Assembly: GCA_036262935.1 (NCBI GenBank)
Contig: DATAHW010000083.1
Coordinates: forward strand, 9,703 to 73,702
Source of the DNA: Gemmatimonadales bacterium
GTDB taxonomy: Bacteria > Gemmatimonadota > Gemmatimonadetes > Gemmatimonadales > GWC2-71-9
Direction of reading: 5' to 3'
DNA length: 64,000 nucleotides
Part shown: piece by piece, positions 22,697 through 31,038 of the stretch
Layout: each line of letters starts with the position of its first letter
Numbering within the stretch: position 1 is the first letter of the stretch
Notes under the pieces: generated by a model
Database searches by the model: none
What the model saw: only the letters and a program-made list of their open reading frames with translations
What the model was told of the DNA's origin: nothing
Made by a program: the position numbers and the translations under genes

Positions 22697-23203
22697 CTAG
22701 GAGCGGCCGAGCAGCGCGCGCTCCTGCCAGAGGCGCTTGAGCGACTGAATCTGGCCCGTGTGGTAGATGTCATGCGCCGCGACCCCGAGCACCAGCTCTC
22801 CATAAGTCCACCGCCGCCCCCCGGCCGGCCGCTCGGAAAGTCGCCGCTCGGGCAGCGCGCGCACCACCTCGACCAACTGCTCGTGCTCGGCCTTGAGCAG
22901 CGCCACGTCGCGGCTCCAGGCGCGGTCGTCCACCGGCTCGGGCAGCGCCGGGAAGTTGGCGGGAGTCCGGGGAAAGCGCGGCCCCGCACCACCCTCGAGA
23001 CGGCGGCGCACCCGATAGTTCCAGTACGCGATGTGCAGCGTGAGCTCCCAGATGGATTTCCGACGCGGTGTCGGACGCCAGGCGGCCTCGTCCGCGGAGA
23101 CACCGCGTAGCGCGCCCAGCGGAGTGGGACCGCCGTGCCAGTGCCGCCGCTCGCCCCGCGGCTGCAGGTTCCAGAGCAGCAGCTCCATGCCGACCGTCGC
23201 CAT
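22697..23203 (-). CDS. DinB family protein
   Basis: 168 aa. SIWELTLHIAYWN ... HDIYHTGQIQ (His triad of the DinB four-helix bundle). Confidence 0.8.
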   Translation of the reverse strand: MATVGMELLLWNLQPRGERRHWHGGPTPLGALRGVSADEAAWRPTPRRKSIWELTLHIAYWNYRVRRRLEGGAGPRFPRTPANFPALPEPVDDRAWSRDVALLKAEHEQLVEVVRALPERRLSERPAGGRRWTYGELVLGVAAHDIYHTGQIQSLKRLWQERALLGRS

Positions 23204-23224
23204 ATCTGCTCCACGAGAGCGGGT

Positions 23225-23743
23225 TCAGGGGAGCGGCCGCTCGAGCACGAGATCCCGCTGACGATCCCGGCCGAGCGTGAAGATCTGGGTTCCCGCGTCA
23301 CGAAAGCCGCACTTCCGATAGAACGCGATGGCGCGCTCGTTCCGCTCCCAGACACCGAGCCAGAGCGTGCGCGCACCTTCCGCCGCCGCTGCCGCCCGGG
23401 CGGCGGCCATCAGGTGCTGCGCCACGCCTCGTCCGTGCCACGGGCGCTCCACGTAGAAGCGAGTGACCTCCATCGGCGCCGCGCCCGCGACGCTCGCCGG
23501 CGCTTCGCCGCTCGCGAGCTGCACATAGCCGGCCGCCCGGCCGTCCTCCTCGGCCACCAGCGTCAGCTTTCGGGCGTCACGCAACTCCGCCGCCTGCCGA
23601 TCCACGCCGAAGTGGGCCGCCACGTAGCTCTCCATGTCTTCCGCGGTGTTGTGCGCGGCGTAGGTCTCACGAAAAGTGCGCTCGGCGAGCTCGGCCAGCC
23701 ATGCGGCATCGGAGGGCACCGCCCGGTGGATGGTCAGGCTCAA
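23225..23743 (-). CDS. GNAT family N-acetyltransferase
   Basis: 172 aa. RFYVERPWHGRGVAQHLM acetyl-CoA-binding motif and FYRKCGF. Confidence 0.88.
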   Translation of the reverse strand: MSLTIHRAVPSDAAWLAELAERTFRETYAAHNTAEDMESYVAAHFGVDRQAAELRDARKLTLVAEEDGRAAGYVQLASGEAPASVAGAAPMEVTRFYVERPWHGRGVAQHLMAAARAAAAAEGARTLWLGVWERNERAIAFYRKCGFRDAGTQIFTLGRDRQRDLVLERPLP

Positions 23744-24066
23744 CCCTGCGGCTCCTCGAGCACTCGATAGACCACCCAGTGCTGCGATCCGGGCACGATC
23801 AGCGGCGCGAGCGCATCCGAATGGCGGCGGAACTGCAGGCCCGACATTCCCGCCAGCGCCGCCTCGAAATCCGCGAGCGAATCGAACTCGTACTCGTCCA
23901 CGATGTGCGACGCCGAGGGCCCGAGCAGGCCGCAGAGGAGGCGCGCGCCGCGCGCCCGGCGGAACTCCGAGCTGGCGAACTTTTCAGTCCCCCAGGCGCG
24001 CATCACGGCCAGCGCGTCGCCTTGCCGGCCGTATTGCACGTCGAGATGCCACTGGCAGACGATCAT
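23740..24066 (-). CDS. small alpha/beta (ferredoxin-like, NIPSNAP-like) protein, unknown function
   Basis: Start set to ATG 24066 (MIVCQWHLDVQYGRQ), giving 108 aa. 4-nt overlap with the GNAT start. Confidence 0.6.
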   Translation of the reverse strand: MIVCQWHLDVQYGRQGDALAVMRAWGTEKFASSEFRRARGARLLCGLLGPSASHIVDEYEFDSLADFEAALAGMSGLQFRRHSDALAPLIVPGSQHWVVYRVLEEPQG

Positions 24067-24133
24067 CGGATTGTCTCCGGATGCGTCAATACTACGGCGG
24101 CGAGCCCCGGGACCGCCAGCGAACGCGGAACGC

Positions 24134-24673
24134 TCACCCGGACACCGGCCAGAGGCCATAGCGCGCCCCCAGCACGTCGAGATGGTGCCGCTCGTGGCCC
24201 GCGATGATCCAGCCGAGCGCGCGTACGCTCACGGGCTTGCCGCTGGCGATGCCGCGCCGGAGCCAGGCCTCGGCGGGAAGCAGGCGGAACAGCGAGATGG
24301 AGGCCCGCCGCACGACGGCCCACCCCTCCACCAGGTCCGCGAGCGGCTGCGCGTCCGCCCCCGACTGCGGTACGTAGGCGTTCTCGTCGAAGCCCGGAAG
24401 CGGCGTCGCATCGCCGCGCGCGATCCTGAGAGCGCGGTAGGCCATGATGCGCTCGGTGTCGGCCAGATGGAGCACTACATCCTTCACGCTCCATTTCTCC
24501 GGCGCGTAGCGAAACCCGCCACGGGCCTCTGGCACCGCGCGGAGCCGCGCTGAGGTGGTATCGAGCTGTTCGGCCAGGAGCTGATGCAGATCCGCGCCGA
24601 GCGGCACGCGCGCGACGTAGTCGGCATAGGCGGCCGAGTACTCGCCGGGACCGGGTGGATCTGGACGTGTCAT
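24134..24673 (-). CDS. DinB family protein
   Basis: Start set to ATG 24673 (MTRPDPPGPGEY), giving 179 aa. WSVKDVVLHLADTERI ... IIAGHERHHLDVL. Confidence 0.8.
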   Translation of the reverse strand: MTRPDPPGPGEYSAAYADYVARVPLGADLHQLLAEQLDTTSARLRAVPEARGGFRYAPEKWSVKDVVLHLADTERIMAYRALRIARGDATPLPGFDENAYVPQSGADAQPLADLVEGWAVVRRASISLFRLLPAEAWLRRGIASGKPVSVRALGWIIAGHERHHLDVLGARYGLWPVSG

Positions 24674-24783
24674 GGGGCGGGCTTTCTCCGGACGCACCGG
24701 GAGACAGGGTTGCGCGTACATGGGGCGGTTACTATTTTGCACGCTTAAGGGGAGTGCAGTAGCCTAGGCCAGGGACGTTACAG

Positions 24784-24817
24784 GGGGCCGGCGGAAACTC
24801 GCGCCGGCCCCTTTTGT
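24784..24817 (+). terminator. canonical intrinsic terminator with no upstream plus-strand gene (csp leader attenuator or sRNA end)
   Basis: Perfect 10-bp GC stem GGGGCCGGCG (24784..24793) / CGCCGGCCCC (24802..24811), an 8-nt loop, then TTTTGT (24812..24817). Confidence 0.65.
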
Positions 24818-24958
24818 ATGGGCTGCTCGAAGGGATCGCATCCCGTGGGATGCACCTCGGCAGCTGCCTCGCGTGAGGGCTTGGTTCACGCACATCGCGT
24901 AGTCGGGTTGGTGCGGCATGGCCGGACTCCGATTACAACACACCAAGGAGTAGGAACA

Positions 24959-25171
24959 ATGCGCACCACCGGCACGGTCAAGTGGTTCAACGACGCCAAG
25001 GGCTTCGGCTTCATCACGCCCGAAGGCGGCCAGAAGGACTGCTTCGTCCATCACTCGGCGATTCAGGGTCAGGGCTTCAAGAGCCTCGCCGAGGGTGAGC
25101 GGGTCGAGTTCGATGTCGTTCAGGGCCAGAAGGGCCCGGCGGCGGAGAACGTCGTCAAGCTCGGGCGCTAA
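24959..25171 (+). CDS. cspA: cold-shock protein, CspA family
   Basis: 70 aa from ATG 24959 (AAGGAG upstream). [15 protein letters not shown] (RNP1) and DCFVHHSAI (RNP2). Confidence 0.95.
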   Translation: MRTTGTVKWFNDAKGFGFITPEGGQKDCFVHHSAIQGQGFKSLAEGERVEFDVVQGQKGPAAENVVKLGR

Positions 25172-25206
25172 GACCGCGCACTCGCGGCCCCGCCGCGGAC
25201 ATCACG

Positions 25207-25234
25207 GCCCCGGCCCCCTCAGGGGGACCGGGGC
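25207..25234. terminator. GC-rich stem-loop between convergent csp and minus-strand operon
   Basis: 12-bp stem with a one-base bulge (GCCCCGGCCCCC / GGGGGACCGGGGC) and a 3-nt loop. No clear U-tract on either strand. Contains the stop codon of the minus-strand gene at 25219. Confidence 0.45.
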
Positions 25235-25530
25235 TTCGTCATGTTCCGGCGGCGGTACGGACCACAGGGCGGGTCGCCGGGTCGCTGGACGCCGTGCAAC
25301 GTGGGTCGGATGGAGTCCACCACCGCGGTATCGGCCGCCGTCCTGGCGGAGGCGTAGCGCTCCCGGCACTCGCCAACCACTTCCGCGAGGTCGTCTCGCA
25401 TCGTGTGCACCCGGCGGGTGCGCGCGATGATCACCGGCAGCAGCGCCACGATGACGGCGCCAACCAGCAGCATGACGATCAGCGCGCGCGAGCCGGGGCC
25501 GCTCCGGCCAGGCGGCGGATTCGCGGTCAT
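25219..25530 (-). CDS. small N-terminally anchored membrane protein
   Basis: Start set to ATG 25530 (MTANPPPG), an ATGA overlap with the upstream stop. TM helix ALIVMLLVGAVIVALLPVII. 103 aa. Confidence 0.55.
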   Translation of the reverse strand: MTANPPPGRSGPGSRALIVMLLVGAVIVALLPVIIARTRRVHTMRDDLAEVVGECRERYASARTAADTAVVDSIRPTLHGVQRPGDPPCGPYRRRNMTKPRSP

Positions 25531-26336
25531 GGCGCGCCCGCGGGACTGAGCGGTCGGGCGGACCTGCCCAGACGAAGTGTCAGCGGCCACCGCACCTGGC
25601 GACGCACGTCCAGGGCCTGCCCCCAGAGCGGGGCGAGCTCGGCGCCCAACGGCTCGACCGGATCGTAGCCCTCCGACAGCACGAACCCCGCGGTGGCCGA
25701 CCAGGTGCGGATGTACGCCAGCAACTCCCCCAGGGTCCACTCGTGCACCATCTCGAATTCAGGAGCGACGAGCTCGTCGAACGGGAACGGAAGCGTGCGG
25801 TACCCGGTCTCGACCAGCCGCCGCTCGGGAGACCAGTACGGCCCTACGCGCTCATGGTAGAAGCTCGCCAGCAGGCGGTCCATGCGCTCCTCCCCCACGC
25901 GCTGCAGCCCGTAGCACCAGACGGCGAGAACACCGCCGGGCACGAGAGTGCGCGTGGCTTCCTCATAGAAGGCCGCGACGTCGAACCAGTGGAGCGCCTG
26001 CGCGGCGGTCACCAGGTCCATCGAGCCTGACAGGATCCCGCTCGCCTCGGCCGCGGCCACACGATAGGTCACGTGCCGATGTGCGCTCGCCTCCGCCAAC
26101 TGTTCGGCGCTCGCGTCGGTCGCCGTCACGTCGTTGAAGAACTCCGCCAGCCCCAGCGCCGCCTGCCCGCTCCCCGTCCCCGAGTCCCAGGCACGACGGC
26201 GCGCGGGCGCGACGCTCGCCAGGTACGCGAACAGCGCCCGCGGGTACGAGGGGCGGGCCGCCGCGTACGCCGGCGCGAGGGTCGAAAAATGATCGGCAAA
26301 GGGCTGCGGCAGCGCCGGCTCCTTCCGAAGCTCCAA
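25527..26336 (-). CDS. class I SAM-dependent methyltransferase
   Basis: 269 aa. AWDSGTGSGQAA (motif I), VTATDAS, AQALHWFD. Confidence 0.88.
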   Translation of the reverse strand: MELRKEPALPQPFADHFSTLAPAYAAARPSYPRALFAYLASVAPARRRAWDSGTGSGQAALGLAEFFNDVTATDASAEQLAEASAHRHVTYRVAAAEASGILSGSMDLVTAAQALHWFDVAAFYEEATRTLVPGGVLAVWCYGLQRVGEERMDRLLASFYHERVGPYWSPERRLVETGYRTLPFPFDELVAPEFEMVHEWTLGELLAYIRTWSATAGFVLSEGYDPVEPLGAELAPLWGQALDVRRQVRWPLTLRLGRSARPLSPAGAP

Positions 26337-26339
26337 GTC

Positions 26340-26834
26340 CTACCCCGCCGGGTCGCTTTCCCGGTCCACGCGATCCATCATGTCAGCGACGTCCTGGGCC
26401 GTGAGCCCAACGTCCTGCAGCATCTCTTCCGTGCTGGGCCGGCTGAAGTCCTCGCGCCGCGCCTCGAAGATGAGCTCGTAGGCGTGGGGTCCGTCGAGGG
26501 GCTGCTGCTGGCGAAGTGCCCAGCCGCTCTCGTCCAGGAACAGGTGCATGGCGTGCCCGAGCGACTCGAAGGAGTTCTCGCTCCACCGGTGCAGGGCCGG
26601 ATGCCAGAAGCGCGAGAGCAGCACCGTGCCCTGCGGCACCTGGTCGGCGGCCGTGGCGGCGCGGGTGGTGACCACGACGAGATGCGGCCGACCCGGTCGC
26701 CCGGCGGAACGGGCCGACGGATCGGTGGCCGGCTGCGGCTCGAGCACCGCCTCCTGCGTCTCGAACGGCAGGCGCTCACCCGGACGGGGTAGATCCCGGT
26801 CATCGCGAGAAGCGCGTCCTCCCGGCCCACTCAC
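26340..26834 (-). CDS. hypothetical protein
   Basis: 164 aa. The GTG start forms a GTGA overlap with the upstream stop. The C-terminal half looks coding (FWHPALHRWSENSFESLGHAMHLFLDESGW...); the N-terminal third is low complexity. Confidence 0.5.
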   Translation of the reverse strand: MSGPGGRASRDDRDLPRPGERLPFETQEAVLEPQPATDPSARSAGRPGRPHLVVVTTRAATAADQVPQGTVLLSRFWHPALHRWSENSFESLGHAMHLFLDESGWALRQQQPLDGPHAYELIFEARREDFSRPSTEEMLQDVGLTAQDVADMMDRVDRESDPAG

Positions 26835-27949
26835 GGTGCGACGAGCTCCACCGCACGCCCGGTGAGCGCATCCCAGCCTGCTGCCGAGCGCTCCGGATGG
26901 GCCTCGTCGGTGGTATTCAGCACTCCGATGACCGCGGTCGTGGAGCGGGGATCCAGGTACACAAACGAGCGGAACCCCGATTGCTCACCCGTATGCCCGA
27001 CGATGGTCGTGCCGCCACGGGGGTACAGGTAGAACGACAGCCCGAAGGCATCGCCCCCGGTGCCGCCTGCCGCGAGCGGCACGACGGGGCGCCACATCTC
27101 CTCGAGGGTCGCGTGGGCCAGGACGCCATCGTAGCGGCGCGCCACGGCAGTGTCGCCGCCGTCGGCATGGGTGAGAAAGGCGACCCAGGCGACCAGATCG
27201 GCGATGGGGGCGTTCCATCCGCTGTTGGGAATCGTGACCCCCGGATCGAACTCCCGCGGATTTGCGTCCACCCGGTCATGGCCGGCGCTGTCGGAATGTA
27301 CGGTGTAGCTGGGCGCGCGAACCTCGGCGAGCTCATAGGGCGACACGCCGACGAAGCTGCGCGTCATGCCGAGAGGCGTCCAGATGTTCTTCTGGATGTA
27401 GACCGCCCAGAGGTCACCAGTTACCCGCTCGACTACCTGGGCGAGATAGATGAAGGCCGGATTGCTGTAGCCGAAGCGCGTGCCCGGGGCGAACTCAAGC
27501 TCCTGGTAGGGCATCATGGCGACGAGCTGTTCCCATCGCTTGGGCTCGAAGGGCTCCCATGGCCGGCCCTGGCCGTACGGCCAGGTCGGGTTCTGGAAGC
27601 CGGCCGAGTGTGACAGGAGCATGCGCAGCGTCACCTCGTCCATCGAGCCGTACGCGTCGTGCACCTGCCGGAGCTCGGGCACATACCGGGTGATGGGATC
27701 GTCGAGCGTGAGGCGCCCCCGATCCCGGAGCTGCATGATGGCGACGGCCGTGAGCGTCTTGGTGATCGAGGCCCAGTGATAGACCGCGCGCTCGTCCGGC
27801 GGGCGGTGCTGCTCGCGGTCGCCGAACCCGTAGTGATGGCGAGCGAGGATGCGGCCGTGCCCCACCATTACGGCGCTCGCGCCGACGACAGCATCGGCGC
27901 GGGCATAGGCATCGAGCGCGGCGGTGAACGCGGGCCAGCGAGCCGGCAC
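26831..27949 (-). CDS. serine hydrolase, beta-lactamase/PBP4-type family
   Basis: 372 aa from GTG 27949. SxxK motif WASITKTLTAVAI. An in-frame signal-peptide-like segment lies upstream (27950..28039) without a canonical start, so the true start is uncertain (see findings). Confidence 0.85.
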   Translation of the reverse strand: MPARWPAFTAALDAYARADAVVGASAVMVGHGRILARHHYGFGDREQHRPPDERAVYHWASITKTLTAVAIMQLRDRGRLTLDDPITRYVPELRQVHDAYGSMDEVTLRMLLSHSAGFQNPTWPYGQGRPWEPFEPKRWEQLVAMMPYQELEFAPGTRFGYSNPAFIYLAQVVERVTGDLWAVYIQKNIWTPLGMTRSFVGVSPYELAEVRAPSYTVHSDSAGHDRVDANPREFDPGVTIPNSGWNAPIADLVAWVAFLTHADGGDTAVARRYDGVLAHATLEEMWRPVVPLAAGGTGGDAFGLSFYLYPRGGTTIVGHTGEQSGFRSFVYLDPRSTTAVIGVLNTTDEAHPERSAAGWDALTGRAVELVAP

Positions 27950-28042
27950 GGGCGGCGCCCCCCGGCTCGCCTGCGCTGTCCCGGAACCGGTGGCCAGCGG
28001 CGCGAGGATGAGCAGCGCGATGCCCGCGCGCAGGGGAACGGC

Positions 28043-28246
28043 CTACGCCCGGTAGGCGTCCACCGACACGTTCAGATCCTGGCGCAGCTCCGCGTCGCCG
28101 CTCAGCAGCGTCGCCCACGTGATCTCCTGTCCCTTGCGGGCGCCCTTCGGCGTGATCTTCACGCCCTCGGGGGACATGGTGACCGTGTAGAGCTTCCCGT
28201 CCAGGTCCAGCTCGCGCTTGATGGTTTTGTCCAGTTTGGTAGCCAT
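28043..28246 (-). CDS. small hypothetical protein (67 aa)
   Basis: Start set to ATG 28246 with GAGGAG upstream (MATKLDKTIKRELDLDGKLYTVTMSPEGVKITPKG...). Confidence 0.55.
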   Translation of the reverse strand: MATKLDKTIKRELDLDGKLYTVTMSPEGVKITPKGARKGQEITWATLLSGDAELRQDLNVSVDAYRA

Positions 28247-28565
28247 TCGCTCCTCGGAGACCAGGGGATTCCGCCGCCGCTGCGACGAGGGGAGGGACGC
28301 CGCGGGCGCCCTCCGCCACAAATTAGGCTGTCGGAGGCGCGCAAGGAACCGTCACAGTGGACGCTCACATCTGAGCCGACGGTTACTGCGCCTGTGGGAC
28401 TCGACCGGCGCCTCTGAGTGACGGGATCATACGCCGCGCTGGCCAGCATGTCCAACTGTGACGCAAGTCACTTCAGTGGCTGTGATTGCTCTCTACTATC
28501 TCTACTCGTTTCGACCATGTTCGGCTTTTCTTTGGACCAGGTACGACAGGCAACGGGAGGAGCAT

Positions 28566-28802
28566 ATGAGCCACGCGGGCAAGCCACCCAGGACAACCGA
28601 TCAGCGCTCGAATGCCGTCAAGGATCCCAGCGAATGGAGCACAGGCGACGAGCCGATGACGGCAGCGCAGGCCTCCTACCTCCACACGCTGGCAACCGAG
28701 GCGGGGGAGGCGGTGGACGGCGAGCTGACGAAGGCGGAGGCTTCCGAAAAGATCGACGAGCTGCAGGAGAAGACGGGGCGCGGGAAGGGCGAGCAGCGCT
28801 AG
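28566..28802 (+). CDS. DUF3072-like small protein
   Basis: 78 aa from ATG 28566 (GGGAGGAG upstream). EWSTGDEPMTAAQASYLHTLATEAGE...LTKAEASEKIDELQ matches my memory of DUF3072. Confidence 0.7.
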   Translation: MSHAGKPPRTTDQRSNAVKDPSEWSTGDEPMTAAQASYLHTLATEAGEAVDGELTKAEASEKIDELQEKTGRGKGEQR

Positions 28803-28809
28803 CCTCCGT

Positions 28810-29229
28810 TCATGGGCGGCGCTGCTGCTGGAGCAGCCTGACCAGCATCCCACCGAGGTTGGCGCCGGCGAACGCGGTGCCGAGCAGCACGAACCACCGG
28901 GCCGCGGCCCTCAGGATGTTCACCTCGCGCACGTCCACGATGACGAGGAGCACCTTGGCGCTGAGGAGCGTGGCCGCCATCGAGAAGAGAAGGAGCTGGA
29001 CCAGCAGCAGGGGCCGGTAACCCATGCCCTTGTACAGCCAGTAGAGCGCGAGCGCGACCAGGAGCCACGCGAGCAGCCCGATGCGTGTGCTCCGGCCCAG
29101 GGGCAGCTCGTGAATCAGCGGTACCACGAGGAGGCCGAGGACCAGGAGCATGAGCAGCAGGCGAAGCGACGCCCGGCGGAGCTCGCCCGGCGTCGCTTCC
29201 TCGGCGGTGGGCGGCACCTGCGTGCCCAT
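28810..29229 (-). CDS. membrane protein, unknown function
   Basis: 139 aa with four hydrophobic helices. Confidence 0.6.
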   Translation of the reverse strand: MGTQVPPTAEEATPGELRRASLRLLLMLLVLGLLVVPLIHELPLGRSTRIGLLAWLLVALALYWLYKGMGYRPLLLVQLLLFSMAATLLSAKVLLVIVDVREVNILRAAARWFVLLGTAFAGANLGGMLVRLLQQQRRP

Positions 29230-29267
29230 CAGCCGCCCTTCCTCACGCGAGAAGTCATGGACGCCGC

Positions 29268-29567
29268 CTACTCGTAGTTGGTGAACGGCGGGGTCTCCAG
29301 CACCTCCCCGGACCGCTGATCGCGAATTCGATGCACCAGGGTGACCTGGTCCTCGCCCTCGCGGCGGACTCGGGACTCGAGCAGCTCGTACCGGGCCGCA
29401 TCGCCGTAACCGTCGTCATTCAGCCGCTCAGCCTCTCGACGGCAGACATCGCCCGGGGTGGGACGGCTAGCGGGGTACGCATCCTCGTGGTGCGCGACGA
29501 GTGCGCGCCAATCGTCATCACCGGCTCGCTCGACGGCGGCCCGGACGTCTTCTCTGGTCAATGGCAT
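29268..29567 (-). CDS. hypothetical acidic protein
   Basis: 99 aa. ATG with GGAGG 7 nt upstream. No family recognised. Confidence 0.55.
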   Translation of the reverse strand: MPLTREDVRAAVERAGDDDWRALVAHHEDAYPASRPTPGDVCRREAERLNDDGYGDAARYELLESRVRREGEDQVTLVHRIRDQRSGEVLETPPFTNYE

Positions 29568-29674
29568 GATGGCCTCCGCACAGCACTGGCCGAGTTGGAT
29601 TCACAAGATAGCTCAGACTAACTCCGTAAATATGTACCCGATATAAGTTTGCCCGGAGCAGCTCGAGTCCTAAA

Positions 29675-30154
29675 TCAGGTCTCTCCTGGCGGCTGGCTTC
29701 TGGACCGCACGAACGGGACTTTCACGTGCAATGGCTCATTCCGGACCTCGATCAACCGCGAACGCGGGTCGTATCGGCCCACCACGACGTCGTACCCACC
29801 TGGCGCCAGCGGCCCGACCGTGGCCTGGTACACGATCGTCCGGTATCGTATGTCGCGGGGCAGCGGAGCGTCCAGCGGCCACCCGGGCAGCGAATCATAT
29901 AGCGTGAGCCGGATCGTGCCGGGATCGCTCACGTCCACATCGCCGTAGATACCGCCCCCTTCCACCTGGCGCGTGGTCCCGCGGACCATGACCAGCGCGC
30001 CCTCCACACTCGCGACCGGCGATCCGGCGTGATCCGGGCCCGGCTCACCAAGCACGCGGACCCGCGCCTCGGGCACAGGCATCGGCGACGCCCCGTGCGC
30101 GCATGCACCGGCCATGAGGGCCAGCAGGGGCACCGCTCGCGACACCTTCACCAT
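29675..30154 (-). CDS. probable lipoprotein / secreted protein
   Basis: Start set to ATG 30154 (MVKVSRAVPLLALMAGACAHG), a signal peptide with a Cys. 159 aa. Confidence 0.6.
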   Translation of the reverse strand: MVKVSRAVPLLALMAGACAHGASPMPVPEARVRVLGEPGPDHAGSPVASVEGALVMVRGTTRQVEGGGIYGDVDVSDPGTIRLTLYDSLPGWPLDAPLPRDIRYRTIVYQATVGPLAPGGYDVVVGRYDPRSRLIEVRNEPLHVKVPFVRSRSQPPGET

Positions 30155-30291
30155 CGGCGCGGTGCCGCGTCCGCAGGCTCGCAGGCCCGGGCAGGCGCCT
30201 CGCAAGATGAGAGAGCGAGTGCGAACCCGCGGACATTCCCGGCGGCGGAGGTGTTGGAGGGCAACGGCTTAGCCCCTGACCCACGCGCGGC

Positions 30292-30729
30292 ATGCCCGTT
30301 GCCCCTCGGGCGCGCGTGTCTCTCCGGATCCTGCTGTCCACCGCCGCCCTCGTTGTCCTCGCCGCCTGCGGATTCGATCCCGGCGATGACTCGCCCATGA
30401 CGCCGCCGTCCGTCTACCGTGAGTGGTGGGCGAAAACGGAGGCGTGCTCCGGGCTTCGCGGCGACTTCGATCGCGTCAAGTGGAGCGTCGTCCCGGGACA
30501 CAGCTTCCCCTGTGCGAGCGGTCGGTGCGCGGGTCACTGGGAGCCGCGGCATGAGGTGTTCATCGCCGAGCAGTGGCTGATGAACGAGATGGTAGTGCGG
30601 CACGAGATGCTGCACGACCTGCTGGACCGCGCCGGCCACCCCGATCCGCCGTTCGGCAACCCTTGCCCGCTCACCTGGGCTACCTGGCAGGGCGACCTCG
30701 TCGCCACCACGTCCAGTCCCGCATTCTAG
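30292..30729 (+). CDS. lipoprotein with HExxH motif (putative small zinc-dependent protein)
   Basis: 145 aa. Lipobox VVLAAC, six further Cys, and VVRHEMLHDLLD (HExxH). Confidence 0.65.
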   Translation: MPVAPRARVSLRILLSTAALVVLAACGFDPGDDSPMTPPSVYREWWAKTEACSGLRGDFDRVKWSVVPGHSFPCASGRCAGHWEPRHEVFIAEQWLMNEMVVRHEMLHDLLDRAGHPDPPFGNPCPLTWATWQGDLVATTSSPAF

Positions 30730-31038
30730 CGCTCGGATGTGATGCGCGTCCTACGCGCGCTCCAGGCTTCCCGGCCCATGTTGCGGCTCGTCGGGGAAAG
30801 CACCCCGGCCCCTTCGAGCGAGGTCTGCCATGCGGGACCCGGGCCCCAGCACCCCTTCCGAACCGCTGCCGGAATCAGGCATGGGGGGCGCCTCCGATGC
30901 CGGCGCGCACGGCCGCCATCCGGCATCTCACCCCGACGCACCGCCACGCGCCGACGACACCATCGGCGACGCGGCCATCGAGCGCCGGCGCCATCATGAC
31001 GCATCCTACCAGGGCCCCGAGCGCCGGCGAGGCCAGCG

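Noticed and set aside
27947-28321. Programmed TAG read-through fusing the 67-aa protein to the serine hydrolase, since they share a frame and are separated by one stop.
   Set aside because: - A fusion would bury the signal peptide internally.
- I see no read-through context or recoding structure.
- Reinitiation, a non-canonical start or a sequence error is more parsimonious (kept as a finding).
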